Origin: Octopus bimaculoides
Taxonomy: Eukaryota
Length of the DNA: 64,000 bases
Reading direction: 5' to 3'
Assembly: GCF_001194135.2 (NCBI RefSeq)
Contig: NC_068987.1
Span: 60,448,354-60,512,353, forward strand
The translations under genes and the position numbers were made by a program. Below, in pieces: positions 1 to 12,336 of the stretch (its first letter is position 1; the number at the start of each line of letters is the position of its first letter). The notes under the pieces were generated by a model, which was given only the letters and a program-made list of their open reading frames with translations, was not told the origin of the DNA and did not search any database.

Positions 1-274
1 ACAATGGCCTTCATAGGCAGGCAACTTTTCCTGAGGATTCTCATGCAAGCTATTGTCAAGATTTTGCAGACATCAGAATCAATATAATTGCCACCTTTTG
101 TTTTTCAATGTCTGAACTTCGTGGATAAGATGGATGAAGAAATAATGTCTAGGGTATATGTGAAGATGCACTGCATATCATCATCATTATCATTGTCGAC
201 GTTATCGTCATTGTCATCGTTGTCATCATCATCATCATCATCTTCTTCATTATCATAATCATCATCATTTAACA

Positions 275-600
275 TTCATTTTCCATGTTAGCATGGGTTG
301 GAGAGTTCAGCAGAAGCTGGCATGCCAGAGTGCTACTACACCAGACTACATTTGTCTGTTTTGGCATGGTTTCTATAGCTGGATGCTCTTCTTATTAATA
401 ACACCACTTAGCAGAGTGTACTGGATGCTTTTTATGTGGCCCCAGCATCAATGCTTTTTATGTGGCACTAGCACAGGTGAGACCAGTATTGGTCCTTATT
501 GTGTGACCCCAGCATTAATGCTTTTTATGTGGCACCAGCACAGGTGCTTTTTACACGGTGCCAGCAGGGTTGCCAGGCAGTTTGCAAGGCAAAGACCTCT
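275..600 (-). mobile_element. Family D retroposon (SINE-like, RTE-type 3' tail with (ATG)n end)
   Basis: Reverse complement of the recurring tail GGAAGGGCATCCAGC..TAGAAACC..CCATGCCAGCATGGAAAA..GTTAAATGATGATG, with internal 'tggcaccagca' repeats. Confidence 0.75.
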
Positions 601-1187
601 CAGCTAAGAGAGAGAGAAAGAGAGAGTGGAGCTGAGGAAAGTGGTTGTGGGCGAGATGAGAGGGTAGAGTATAGTAGAGGGATGCTTGTCTACACCAGGG
701 GAGGAGAGGAAGAGGAGAAAGAGTTAGAGAAAGATAGAGAAAGACAGTCAGAGGGAGAAAGATAAAAATGGACGGTGCTGGAGATGTAATGTGGGTCTTT
801 CTATTGGGAACAATAGGGGGAGTATAAATAGTACCAAGGGGATAGAGAGCAATGTTCCATAAGAGTGTGAGGGGAGATGTTTAGAGATATGGAAGAGATA
901 GCTGTAGCAAGTGACAGTGAGAGAAAATGGAGCGGCTGAGAAGTGGAGTGTGGTAGATATGTTGGAAAATAGAGAGAGCGCGGATAGGCACATTAGGGAG
1001 AGTGGAGAGTGATGTAGCTGCTATTTCTACCATGCAAAGTAACCACAGAGAGGCTCCATCATTGGCTCATAATTACAAATATATTTGCAAGAATATATAA
1101 TCAGTAGATCTTGGGATCAAAGGTCCTTTCTGAACTATAGACTCATTAGGCTGGTTTCCAAGATTCTGTGATGTAAATATTTCCTCC

Positions 1188-1355
1188 AGGACGAGACACC
1201 AGTCCATCACAGGTTTACTCACTTTTGTCAGCTGAGTAGACTAGAACAGCATGAAAGGACAAAATGTTTTGCTCAAGAACAATGCATTGCCTGATCCAGG
1301 AATCAAAACCTTAATCTTACAATCTTGAGGACAACACCCCAACCACTAAGCTATA
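1188..1355 (-). mobile_element. Family E tRNA-derived SINE head (V-like central domain)
   Basis: Reverse complement of the head 'tagcttagtggtt..gattcctggatcagg..cttgagcaaaacattt..ctactcagctgacaaaagtgagt', also seen at 27640, 49438, 50105 and 63158. Confidence 0.7.
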
Positions 1356-1407
1356 TATGTCCACATATATTCTTATTCCAGTATCCAGAGGGGTTTTAAC
1401 AAGTCTT

Positions 1408-1514
<107 letters not shown>

Positions 1515-2109
1515 ACTGACACATGAAAATAAAGAATAATAAATCAAAATATGAAAAATATCACTAAAAAATATTTATTAATTTCAGTGAGAGGAAAAAA
1601 AAATTAGAACATAGCAGAATCAATTTTTCCTTAAGAGTATAATATCCTGATTAAATATTTAATTATCTATGAAAATATATTCTGAATAAAATATGAAGAA
1701 AAAAAGATTTTATTTTCATTTTCTTTTACTTTATTTTATTTATTTTTTTGCACATATTCAATTCATAGCAATATATATATATATGTGTGTATGTATGTAT
1801 GTATGTATGTATGTATGTATGTATGTATGTATGTATGTATGCATGCATGCATGTATGTATGTATGTATGTATGCATGTATGTATGTATGTATGTACAAAT
1901 GACAAACAAAAAATCATGGTTTAAGGTAATCAAATATTTATGAGAGTTTTCTTTTTCTATCCATATATATATTTCATTGGAACTGTGTAGAAGTGTGAGT
2001 TTCATCTTGGGATTTAATTCATTAAATCACAAATAATTGCTGCTTAATCATCACGATCAATAACAACAGCCAAAACAATTTCATTATTATTCTCATCCCT
2101 TTTAACATT

Positions 2110-2403
2110 ATCACCATCATCATTATCATCATCATCATCATCATTATCATCATCATCATCATCATCATTACCATCACTACCACCACCACCACCATCACCA
2201 CCATCATGGTTCTCATCATCATTATCATCATCATCACCATTACCATCATCCTCATCCTTATCTCCATCCTCATCATCAGTCTCATTGTTGTCATCGTCAT
2301 CAGTGTCACCATCATCATCAGTGTCGTCATCATCATCATCATCATCATCTCTGCTGTTGTCACCACTACCACCATCACTTCCACCACCTCTGCTATCTCT
2401 ACT

Positions 2404-2456
<53 letters not shown>

Positions 2457-2505
2457 CATCATCCTCATCATCATCATCTACTTCCTCTTCTTCCTCTTCT
2501 TCCTC
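2110..2505. repeat. Compound (ATC)n/(ACC)n/(TTC)n trinucleotide microsatellite
   Basis: Read directly. It is the source of the poly-D/M/S/I ORFs. Confidence 0.95.
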
Positions 2506-2669
2506 CATACAGTTGCTATCCATATGTTATCACAATTGTCAACTATTTTTGTGTAACCATATGATCAAACTTTTGAAGATAACATAAATATCATATCACA
2601 CATGCACATCTACACGCTATTTATAGATAAATAGATAGATAGGCAGTGTTAAGGCCAGTCCTTCTGGTG

Positions 2670-3095
2670 GTGTAAAGCACTCATAGCGGTACCAAGTAAA
2701 GTGCCTGTGCAGTGCCGCTTAAAAGCACACTTGTGGTTCCATATAAAAGTACCTGTGCAGTGTCATGCAAAAGCACCCATGTAGTGCTATGTAAAAGCGG
2801 CCATGCAGTGCCACATAAAAGGATCTGTACGGTGCTAGGTAAAAACACCCATGCAGTACCATGTAAAAGCAACGACGTAGTACTATGTAAAAGCACTCAG
2901 CACACTCTGTAAAGGGAGTGGTGTTAGAAAGGGCAGCCAGCCATAGGGACCATGACAAGTTAGATTGGAGTCTGGTGCAGCTCCTCAGCTTGCGAGGTCT
3001 GGTCAAGTCATCCAACTCAAGCCAGCATGGACAATGGACATTAAATGATGATGATGATGATGATGACGACGACGACGATGATGATGATGATGATG
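2670..3095 (+). mobile_element. Family D retroposon with internal ~24-bp minisatellite
   Basis: About 9 degenerate units of GCAGTGCCATGTAAAAGCACCCAT, then the family D tail ending in (ATG)n. Confidence 0.8.
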
Positions 3096-3114
3096 ATAAG
3101 CAGACAAACAGATA

Positions 3115-3360
3115 CATACATACATCATCATCCTTCAGTGTCTGTTTTCCATGCTGGCATGAGTTGGATGGTTTGGCCACAGCTGCTGACAAGCTGAAGT
3201 GCTGCACCAAACTCTAATCTGATTCGGCTTGGTTTCTACAGCTGGATATCCTTCCTAATGCCGACCACTTTACAGTGTGTGCTGGGAGCGTTTAACATGG
3301 CACGGCATGAGCATCCCCACATGGCATAGGCACAAGTGCTTTTTACGTAAATACTAGCGC
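3115..3360 (-). mobile_element. Family D retroposon (tail-to-tail with the previous copy)
   Basis: Reverse complement tail 'tgttttccatgctggcatgagttggatgg...tttctacagctggatatccttcctaatgccgaccactttacag'. Confidence 0.75.
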
Positions 3361-3543
3361 ATGACTCTTGCAGGCCACATACATGCATATATGTATACAT
3401 ACACACTACACAGTCACATGTACATGGATGCATAAATACATACACACACACACATACATAAATATGCTCCACATACTCGTGCTTCATACTTTTTTGTTGT
3501 ACACATTTCATGACATCCTGTGCCCACATATGCATATATATAT

Positions 3544-3591
<48 letters not shown>

Positions 3592-3920
3592 NNNNNNNNN
3601 NNNNNNNNNNNNNNNNNNNNNNNNNNNNNNNNNNNNNNNNNNNNNNNNNNNNNNNNNNNNNNNNNNNNNNNNNNNNNNNNNNNNNNNNNNNNNNNNNNNN
3701 NNNNNNNNNNNNNNNNNNNNNNNNNNNNNNNNNNNNNNNNNNNNNNNNNNNNNNNNNNNNNNNNNNNNNNNNNNNNNNNNNNNNNNNNNNNNNNNNNNNN
3801 NNNNNNNNNNNNNNNNNNNNNNNNNNNNNNNNNNNNNNNNNNNNNNNNNNNNNNNNNNNNNNNNNNNNNNNNNNNNNNNNNNNNNNNNNNNNNNNNNNNN
3901 NNNNNNNNNNNNNNNNNNNN
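3592..3920. other. Assembly gap (N run) after (TA)n. Other gaps: 7683-8511, 23259-23359, 32719-33118, 34328-35186, 35738-36048, 40423-40845, 45524-46291, 47085-47415, 58266-58712
   Basis: N runs read directly. Most are flanked by (TA)n, (CA)n or (CT)n. Confidence 1.
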
Positions 3921-4056
3921 ACACATACATACATACATACATACATACATACCTATATACATCCACATACTTAGACACACACATACTCACACACACATGC
4001 ATACGTGCATACATACATGCATACATACATACATACATACATACATACATACATAC

Positions 4057-4087
<31 letters not shown>

Positions 4088-4339
4088 CATACATGCATAT
4101 ATAAAAATGGTTAATATGTAGAAGTGTATTACAAGCCTTAATTTTCATTTCTGATTGAGAATCTTTATTTATAGCAGAACAGTTCTTTGAAATGACAGGA
4201 ACATCATAATTCTTCAGTAGCATTACCCTTATTAGTCTAAAACATTGTGTCTGATCAATAAAACATTGATTATGGTTTCCAATATTCAGGAATCAAAGAT
4301 AACTCTTCAACCAAATTGTTCCACTATTTTCACTTCTAG

Positions 4340-4376
4340 TTGTGGATTCGATTGTACGAAAGAAGATTAGATCTCG
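4340..4376 (+). CDS. Candidate 37-nt internal exon (phase 1->2), xVDSIVRKKIRSR
   Basis: Acceptor ttttcacttctAG and donor CG|GTAAAC. Open frame, phase-compatible with 8983 and 22175. Confidence 0.35.
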
Positions 4377-4449
4377 GTAAACCATGGAAATGACTTAGCT
4401 TTTATTAGTGGCTGAAACCTTTTTTTTTTTTACTTATTATTAATATTAT

Positions 4450-5445
4450 TATTAAAGGCAAAGTTGACCTTGGTGGTCAACTTTGCCTTTCATCCTTTCT
4501 GAGTAAATAAAATAAGTGTCAGTTGAACACTAGAGACAATTTAATTCACTTAACACCAGCCCCAAAATTACTGGCCTTGTGCTAAAATTATTACTGTCCA
4601 TGCGTAACATGGTAAGCTGGCTGAATCTTTAACATGCCAGATGAAATGCTTAGAAGCACTTTATCAGTCAATACATTCTGAGTTCAAATTCTGCTGAAGT
4701 TGACTTTACCTTTCAGTGTTTCAGGGTCGATAAAATAAGCACCAGTTGAGCATTGGGGTCAATGTAATTGACTTACACACTGCTCTGAAGTTGCTGGTCT
4801 TGTACTAAACTTTGAAACCAATATTATTAAAGGTAAAATCAACTGCAGTGGTCGACTTTGCTTTTCATCCGTTCTGGGAAGATGAAATAGGTATCAGTTG
4901 AGCATTGGGGTTGATGTAATTGACTCCCCCCCCCCACTATCCCTGAAATTACTGGCCATGTACCAAAATTCAAAACCAGTACCAATGTCCATGAGTAAGG
5001 CGGTGAGCTGACAGATTCATTGCCAGAAATGTTAGCACGCCAGGCGAAATGCTTAGTGGTATTTCGTCAGCTGCTACGTTCTGAGTTCAAATTCCACTGA
5101 GGTTGACTTTGCCTTTCATCCTTTCGGGGTTGATTAAATAAGTACCAGTTACGCACTGGGGTCAATATAATCAACTTAATCCTTTTGTCTGTTCTTGTTT
5201 GTTCCCTCTCTGTGTAGCCCCTTGTGGGCAGTAAAGAAATAAGAATCAATTCCATATTGGGCAAAATGCTTAGTGGCACTTCGTCCATTTTTACATTTTG
5301 AGTTCAAATTCCACCAAGGTTGACTTTACCTTTCATCCTTTCAGGGTTGATAAAATAAGTATAAGTTAAACGCCAGAATCAATTTAATTGACTTAGCCTC
5401 TCCCCCAAACCTGCTGCTCTTGTGCCAAAATTTGAAATCATTATT
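4450..5445 (+). mobile_element. Tandem cluster of about 5 family A tRNA-derived SINEs
   Basis: Repeated GGCGAGCTGGCAGAAT..AAATGCTTAG..TTCTGAGTTCAAATTCC..GACTTTGCCTTTCATCCTTTCGGGG..GATAAA.TAAGTACCAGTT..CACTGGGGTC. tRNA A/B-box-like head. Confidence 0.85.
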
Positions 5446-5509
5446 AATGTCCACAAGAGAGATGTCATAAATATAGACCTGTTCATCATTATTTTCTTAT
5501 GTATGATAG

Positions 5510-5670
5510 TCATTCATTGGGATAGCCATGCTAGACATTTAGGTGGTCAGCAGCCATCAATGGTTTCTGTCCTCTGTCACATACAGAACAACTGCAAAAT
5601 CGAAACCTGTCCAGCCCTTGATGCTGCTGGTTCAAGATTTTCCTTGTCTGCTTCTTCTTCTTTGTTCTGA
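5510..5670 (-). mobile_element. RTE-clade LINE ORF2 C-terminal fragment (decayed)
   Basis: Minus frame SEQRRRSRQGKS*TSSIKGWTGFDFAVVLYVTEDRNH*W resembles the RTE C-terminal GxRRRGRxxxxWxDNIKxWTG..EDR..W motif. Confidence 0.6.
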
Positions 5671-5688
5671 GGTAACTCTGCCCTATAA

Positions 5689-5753
5689 CAGCAATCCCCG
5701 ACCATTTTTTGGCACCATGGACAAGTTTCATGCAACACAATTTTTCCAAGGAC
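5689..5753 (+). mobile_element. hAT-Charlie (MER1-like) terminal fragment
   Basis: CAGCAATCCCCGACCATTTTTTGGCACCATGGACAAGTTTCATGCAACACAATTTTTCCAAGGAC resembles the MER1/Charlie end as I recall it (CAGCGGTCCCCAACCTTTTTGGCACCAGGGACCGGTTTCGTGGAAGACAATTTTTCCACGGAC). Confidence 0.65.
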
Positions 5754-5809
5754 TGGCTAATAAAAATGGTGTTTATAATATATAATTTAATTATTGCATA
5801 TATATTGCA

Positions 5810-6090
5810 TCATCATCATTATCATCATCGACATTTAATGTCTGCTTTCTATGCTGACATTGCTTGGATTGCTTGACTGGAACTGGTAAAGTCAGGAGCT
5901 GCACCAGTTTCCATAGTCTGTTTTGGCCTGGTTTCTACAGTTGGATGCTCTTCCTAACATCAACCACTTTGCAGAGTGTCCTAGGTGCTTTTTCCATGAC
6001 GCCATCACCAGTGCTATTTCTGTGGCATCAGCACCAGTGATTTTTAGATGGCACCAGCACCCACACCAATGCTTTTTACATGGCACCTTG
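5810..6090 (-). mobile_element. Family D retroposon
   Basis: Reverse complement of the family D tail plus 'tggcaccagca' repeats. Confidence 0.7.
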
Positions 6091-7252
6091 TATATAAAAT
6101 GCTTACATAACTCAAAAAAACCCCTGAAGACCTGCGATAGTCAATGAAATAGAAATAAAATTTTGAAATTTATTCTTTCTGTGTAGCTCCCAATACCAAA
6201 TGATCTACTGCTCAGTACTGGTATATGTCCCAGTGGTTAGGGACCTCAGCCCTTGAGGATGGTTTTGGGCAGGGGTCATGTTAAGATACATGTTCATACA
6301 AGGTTTCAATGTAGCGAAAATTGGTTCTTGGACTAATTAAGAATTAGCTATTCTACATTACCATTATATAGCAGGCAGTTTTCTATATAGCCTAGTTGGT
6401 ATAACTGTTGTTGTTGATATTAACATTGTTTAACCCATCTTTTGGTACATCTATGGATACATTCAGGGCTTTTAAGTCAGTATATGGGCTATAGAGTCAA
6501 GGAGAAGTACCCTAATTATATGTCAGAACTCTTTCTACGTCAGACAAAAATCTGACAGCCCTATCTTCATTGAATTTTAAAAGGTCACTCTTTCAGCAGG
6601 CCCAAAATCATCCTTATTCTATCTTGTAAATTTCCTGTCAGTAGCTTTGACTATAGTGTCTACTGTGTCCTTCCTTTTTGAAAAGGTAGGGTGTAATTTG
6701 AGAAAAATTTAGCTGCTACTTTTAGAAGTCCAAAACAGCCATTAAGGCTTCCTGTGTTTCTGTGACATCACCTTATACTTAATGTACATAACATCCTTAT
6801 TGAAATTTTTGTTAGCTGTGTTATTTGAATTTAAATACCACATGTCATTCCTAGCTATTGTCCGTCACACCCCAGAATGTCATGACACCCTGGTTGAAAA
6901 ACTACTGATATAAATGTTCTTTCATTGGCTTATCACGTTTCCAGCACTTTAATTGATAAAGATAGTTAAAAGCAATGTCATGTTTCAATATAAATATAAA
7001 AATCTCCTGTTTTATCCTGTAAATCCCAACTAGGATTAAAGATAAACTTTGCCAGGGAATGCAGCATAAGCAATTCCAAAGAACTTAAACGTTGCAAGAT
7101 AACAATGCTATTAATGAATTAAGATCCTGATCACTCAGATACATTCCATCTGTCATTTTGTTTCGGTGGCTATCTCCTGGTTTTCTACGGTGCAAATATT
7201 TCCTTCTTAGTCTGCTGTGATACATCTGTCAAAGATACAGAATAAATTAATT

Positions 7253-7325
<73 letters not shown>

Positions 7326-8701
7326 CATACATACATACATACACACATATATATACATGCATATACATATATATATACATATATATATACATATACACAC
7401 TATATATATATATATATATATATTTATTTATTATATAATATATATATATATAAATATAAATATATGTATAAATATATATATATATAAATGAAAAATATAT
7501 GTATATATGTGTGTGTATGTATGAATGCATGTATGTATATGGTGGAGTTGTACGTGTGTGCATTTATGTTTGTGTGTGAATGTTATATAGTGGGTATTTT
7601 CTATTCAATTTTGGATATTTCTGTTATCACCAACAGTTTATGCATATATACATATATATTTATATATATATATATATATATANNNNNNNNNNNNNNNNNN
7701 NNNNNNNNNNNNNNNNNNNNNNNNNNNNNNNNNNNNNNNNNNNNNNNNNNNNNNNNNNNNNNNNNNNNNNNNNNNNNNNNNNNNNNNNNNNNNNNNNNNN
7801 NNNNNNNNNNNNNNNNNNNNNNNNNNNNNNNNNNNNNNNNNNNNNNNNNNNNNNNNNNNNNNNNNNNNNNNNNNNNNNNNNNNNNNNNNNNNNNNNNNNN
7901 NNNNNNNNNNNNNNNNNNNNNNNNNNNNNNNNNNNNNNNNNNNNNNNNNNNNNNNNNNNNNNNNNNNNNNNNNNNNNNNNNNNNNNNNNNNNNNNNNNNN
8001 NNNNNNNNNNNNNNNNNNNNNNNNNNNNNNNNNNNNNNNNNNNNNNNNNNNNNNNNNNNNNNNNNNNNNNNNNNNNNNNNNNNNNNNNNNNNNNNNNNNN
8101 NNNNNNNNNNNNNNNNNNNNNNNNNNNNNNNNNNNNNNNNNNNNNNNNNNNNNNNNNNNNNNNNNNNNNNNNNNNNNNNNNNNNNNNNNNNNNNNNNNNN
8201 NNNNNNNNNNNNNNNNNNNNNNNNNNNNNNNNNNNNNNNNNNNNNNNNNNNNNNNNNNNNNNNNNNNNNNNNNNNNNNNNNNNNNNNNNNNNNNNNNNNN
8301 NNNNNNNNNNNNNNNNNNNNNNNNNNNNNNNNNNNNNNNNNNNNNNNNNNNNNNNNNNNNNNNNNNNNNNNNNNNNNNNNNNNNNNNNNNNNNNNNNNNN
8401 NNNNNNNNNNNNNNNNNNNNNNNNNNNNNNNNNNNNNNNNNNNNNNNNNNNNNNNNNNNNNNNNNNNNNNNNNNNNNNNNNNNNNNNNNNNNNNNNNNNN
8501 NNNNNNNNNNNGATATTCTTTTGTTTGTAAAATTACTTCTCATCTGATGATTACAGTTTTTTTCTGATGGAGTAATGTTCTATTTCTTCTATTAAAAAAT
8601 GCATAAGAAACAGTTGTAATGAACTGACAATTATCCATTGTCCATATGGACAATTATCCATATATATATATATATATATATGATATATATATATATATAT
8701 G

Positions 8702-8739
<38 letters not shown>

Positions 8740-8741
8740 AG

Positions 8742-8772
<31 letters not shown>

Positions 8773-8982
8773 TGTATGTATGTATGTATGTATGCATGTA
8801 TGCATGCATGCATGTATATTATATTTGCATTCTCTTAGCACCGTTCAGCTGCTAACTGTGAGTCATATAGAAACAATCAGCTTATTGAAATTCCTCATAT
8901 CTTCGATATGGAAAAAGTGTCTAACTTACAGTCTTAATAAATTTCTATTTGATCATATACTGTCTGTGATTATTGACTTTAG

Positions 8983-9003
8983 AGAGCCTCTAAAGCCAAT
9001 AAG
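8983..9003 (+). CDS. Candidate 21-nt symmetric microexon (phase 2->2), (R)EPLKPI(R)
   Basis: Acceptor attgactttAG and donor AAG|GTACAG. Frame-preserving between 4376 and 22175. Confidence 0.25.
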
Positions 9004-9394
9004 GTACAGCCTGTTTTTTCCATACCAAATCAATGAAGAATGGCCAATGTTCTTAAGGCAACCTGTTTACTTACTTTGTCAACTCAGAGATAAAAATGGT
9101 AATTTCACCATAATGGAATTTAAGTTCAAAGAATAGGGGAAAAGAGCCAGTCATCTCTGGCATTGTTTGGAACCACTAATATCTGCAAGAACAGCACTTT
9201 TTGTCTAAAACTTTAAGCCTAATAGAAAGATAGATTATTTCTAAAGACTAGTCATTATCACTTAGTTTCAGGCTAGCCTTCATCTGGCAGACTTATAATC
9301 AAAGACATTCCCACTATGACCATCCTGTTTTTATTTTTTTCAGACAATGTCTCTAGGACCACATTATTACATTTGCTCTTTTACCCCCCCCCCC

Positions 9395-9590
9395 CACCGT
9401 TCCTAACCATCCTTCTGGTAAAATACACTTTCTTTGTTTCAATTAATTTTGAAAATACTGAAAATAACATTGGTGAATGGAATATAAATTTATATGAAAT
9501 TTTGATAGCAAGTTTTAATTTAGATCACTCTAAAACAGGAAGTTTGTATCACAGAACTAGAAACCGATTGAAATGGGTTGGTATCAAAAC
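9395..9590 (+). mobile_element. Decayed copy of the piggyBac-like MITE at 11417
   Basis: Internal sequence 'tttgtttcaattaattttgaaaata..aaattttgat..gttttaatttagatcact' is the reverse complement of 11421-11632. Confidence 0.6.
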
Positions 9591-9729
9591 AGCACTAGAT
9601 TTGAAAGAGGTGTAGCTGCTATTTCTAGCAGGCCACATGATCATCAAGGTTTCCTTGATGACATTTCAAGTACTAGGGCTTATTGTCTTTGTTTTTTTAA
9701 TATGGGTCCCTAATCTCGTGGGCTCATAG

Positions 9730-9985
9730 GTATTGTTGCCACGTTAGAAGCATCTGTGCCAGTACTGTGTAAAAAGCACCCAGTACACACTGTAAAGTGG
9801 TTGACATGAGGAAGGGCATCCAATTTTAGAAACCATGCCAAAACAGACATAGAGCCTGAATAGCCCTTCAGCTGGTCAGCTTCTGTCAAACCGTCCAACC
9901 CATGCCAGCATGGAAAACGGACGTTAAATGATGATGATGATGACAATGATGATGATAATAGTGATGATGAGGATAATGATGATGC
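9730..9985 (+). mobile_element. Family D retroposon
   Basis: 'aaaagcacccagtacacactgtaaagtggttg..gaagggcatc..ccatgccagcatggaaaacggacgttaaatgatgatg'. Confidence 0.85.
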
Positions 9986-10726
9986 TTGTATCCCATTGTG
10001 ATTAAACATGTATATCTCTGTCTATATATATTTAAATGTATACTTAACAGAAATTTTCCTATCTATGAATATATTTACATATCTATGAATATATTTATGC
10101 TTAGCTCATAAATGAGTTAAACCTAAAGTGATGAGGCATTCATTCCCCCCCACCACCACCACCACGCCTCCTGTTTCATCTGAACAACTGTTCTGTTCTA
10201 CATGCCTTCTTTTGTGATTGTTGAAATTCTTTCGACAAAATGGCATTAAAAGTGCTACCAGGTTTCATCTTTTGACATACAACCTTTTACAACAACAAAG
10301 TGTTGCTCATATTTCCATGTCTTTCTTCCTGTATATAAACTGGCATGTTTAGACTATATTGCCTGTAGAAAACCTTCAACAATATTTCCTGGCAAATGTC
10401 ATCGACAATATTGTCATCGGGAGATTAATGGCACTTAACTTTACTATTGGCTGTAATAAATAATATACATCACAGAAAATGATACAAACATTGATCTGAC
10501 TTTGTTAGGCTTTGCCATTGGCTGACATGTCAGATGTCAGAGGATATGACACAGACTAACCAGTGACAAATACATTCAACTTATCATATTTATTATTTGT
10601 TCTCTCTTGCGATTTTGAATGGCGGGCAAATATTTGGATGGAAGAGAAACTGGATGTTAAACTCAAATAAACTGAGGAAGAGAAGTGAAACATTGCAATA
10701 TATATACCATTGTGAATGGGTTTTTT

Positions 10727-11350
10727 TTCACTCTTTAGCATTTAAACCGGCCATATCCAGCCAAAATATTCTGTCTGCTTTATGTTCAAACTTTCAGATC
10801 TAGCCTCTTACACTAACCCTACAATATCATTCTAAAAATTAACAGTTACCTCATCAAAATTTCATAGCTACAAGATTGTTTGTTGGCACTCCGTCACTTA
10901 CAACGATGAGGGTTCCAGTTGATCCAATCAACGGAACAGCCTGCTCGTGAAATTAACGTGCAAGTGGCTGAGCACTCCACACATACGTGTACCTTTAACG
11001 TAGTTCTCGGGGATATTCAGCGTTACACAGAGTGACAAGGTCGGCCCTTTGAATTACAGGCACAACAGAAACAGGAAGAAAGAATGAGAGAAAGTTGTGG
11101 TGAAAGAGTACAGCAGGGTTCGCCACCATCCCCTTCCGGAGCCTCGTGGAGCTTCAAGTGTTTTCGCTCAATAAACACTCACAAGGGCCGGTCTGGGAAT
11201 CGAAACCGCGATCCTATGACCGCAAGTCTGCTACCCTAACCACCGGGCCATTGCGCGTCCACACCTACAAGATAATGCATGATTAATTCAAAACAATGTG
11301 AATAAAAAAGTGTTCATTTTGACACAATAATGTGAACTCTAAAGGATTAA
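10727..11350 (+). mobile_element. piggyBac-like MITE interrupted by a SINE
   Basis: Degenerate ends (ttca)ctctttagc...ctaaagga(ttaa). The body continues across the SINE insertion. Confidence 0.55.
10877..11264 (-). mobile_element. Family B tRNA(Arg)-like SINE (octopus OR-type), full length, 9-bp TSD CTACAAGAT
   Basis: Reverse complement of the 50605-50987 copy. TSD at 10868-10876 and 11265-11273. Confidence 0.9.
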
Positions 11351-11416
11351 AAGGGTTTTTGTTTTTAGGCTTTTTTATGGGTGGGGGGGGGGTAGTACAA
11401 ATGAAGTGGTATAGTT

Positions 11417-11636
11417 TTAACCCTTTCAATTCAAACCTACCTCTAGTTCTATGATATAAAGTTCTCAATTTAAAGTGATCTGAATTAAAATCTTACATCA
11501 AAATTTCATGCTAATTTTATGTTTGAAGCACCAGCTTAATAATGACAAAATTATTTGAATAAATTCATCATTATTTTAATAATTTATTGAGACAAAGCAG
11601 AGTATTTCAACTGAATTATGGTAACGGAAAGGTTAA
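11417..11636 (-). mobile_element. piggyBac-like MITE (TTAA-CCCTTTC...GAAAGG-TTAA); partial tandem copy at 11690-11852
   Basis: TTAA at 11417-20 and 11633-36 with short CCCTTTC/GAAAGG inverted ends. Confidence 0.65.
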
Positions 11637-12037
11637 TATCAACCTACCTAAGATCACTTTTAGTTTTATGGCACAAAAATCCTGCTTTGAAGTGTTCTGA
11701 TTTAAAACTTTCCATCAAAATTTCATGCTAATTTATGTTCTAAACACCAACTAATAATAGCAAAATCATTTTACTAAATTCTTCATTATTTTCAAAATTA
11801 ATTAAAACAAAACCAATCTATTCCATCAAAAATATAGTTATGAAAGAGTTAAAGGATAAGAATAAGCAAATCAAAAGTACATTGCTTCCACAATGTATTG
11901 CATGTTCTATAATTCTCATCAAGGAGAATGCTATGTGCAAATGACTTGTTTTCATTATATAAAGGTAAAAAAAAAAACTGGTGTGATCTGATATCTGAAA
12001 AAATATTAGCAGTGCAATGAAAAGTCGAATGACTCAC

Positions 12038-12067
12038 CTTGCAGTTTGTTTACTGCATGACACAGGC
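12038..12067 (-). CDS. Candidate 30-nt exon on the minus strand, (G)LCHAVNKLQ or PVSCSKQTA
   Basis: Acceptor tttctccAG and donor AAG|GTGAGT. Isolated. Confidence 0.2.
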
Positions 12068-12336
12068 CTGGAGAAATTGTACTTATGGAGCATTAACACC
12101 AGACAGATTTTCCTATTGGTTCAGAATTGATTTACAAAGTTAGATTTTGTGATGTATATACTGCCAACTCTTTGCAGCAAAAACAGCCACTTAGATAGTA
12201 GACAGTGGTAGTGGTAGTGGTAGTGATAATGGTAGTGGTAGTGGTGAGGTTTATATGGTTAGTTGACAAGCAAAAATAGCAACTAAATCTCCCTCAAATC
12301 TGACCGTAATGTTTTAGACACACTCAATAATGGAGC

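Noticed and set aside
2022-2587. Long poly-D/M/S/I ORFs, and similar poly-Y/I/H/T/V/L ORFs across the window
   Set aside because: They are translations of microsatellites, open in several frames on both strands, with no domain content.
2680-2900. CRISPR-like periodic repeats, also at 61540-61740
   Set aside because: The units are degenerate tandem repeats without unique spacers, lie inside a retroposon, and the context is eukaryotic with no cas genes.
8544-8551. Other CTGATGA occurrences (8544, ~31473)
   Set aside because: There is no properly spaced stem II, GAAA and stem III, so these are not hammerheads.
8839-8857. 19-nt or 9-nt microexon before ACT|GTGAGT; similar short AG..GT pairs at 30801-30822, 33201-33220 and ~37920
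   Set aside because: One splice site is weak in each case, such pairs are expected by chance, and there is no independent support.
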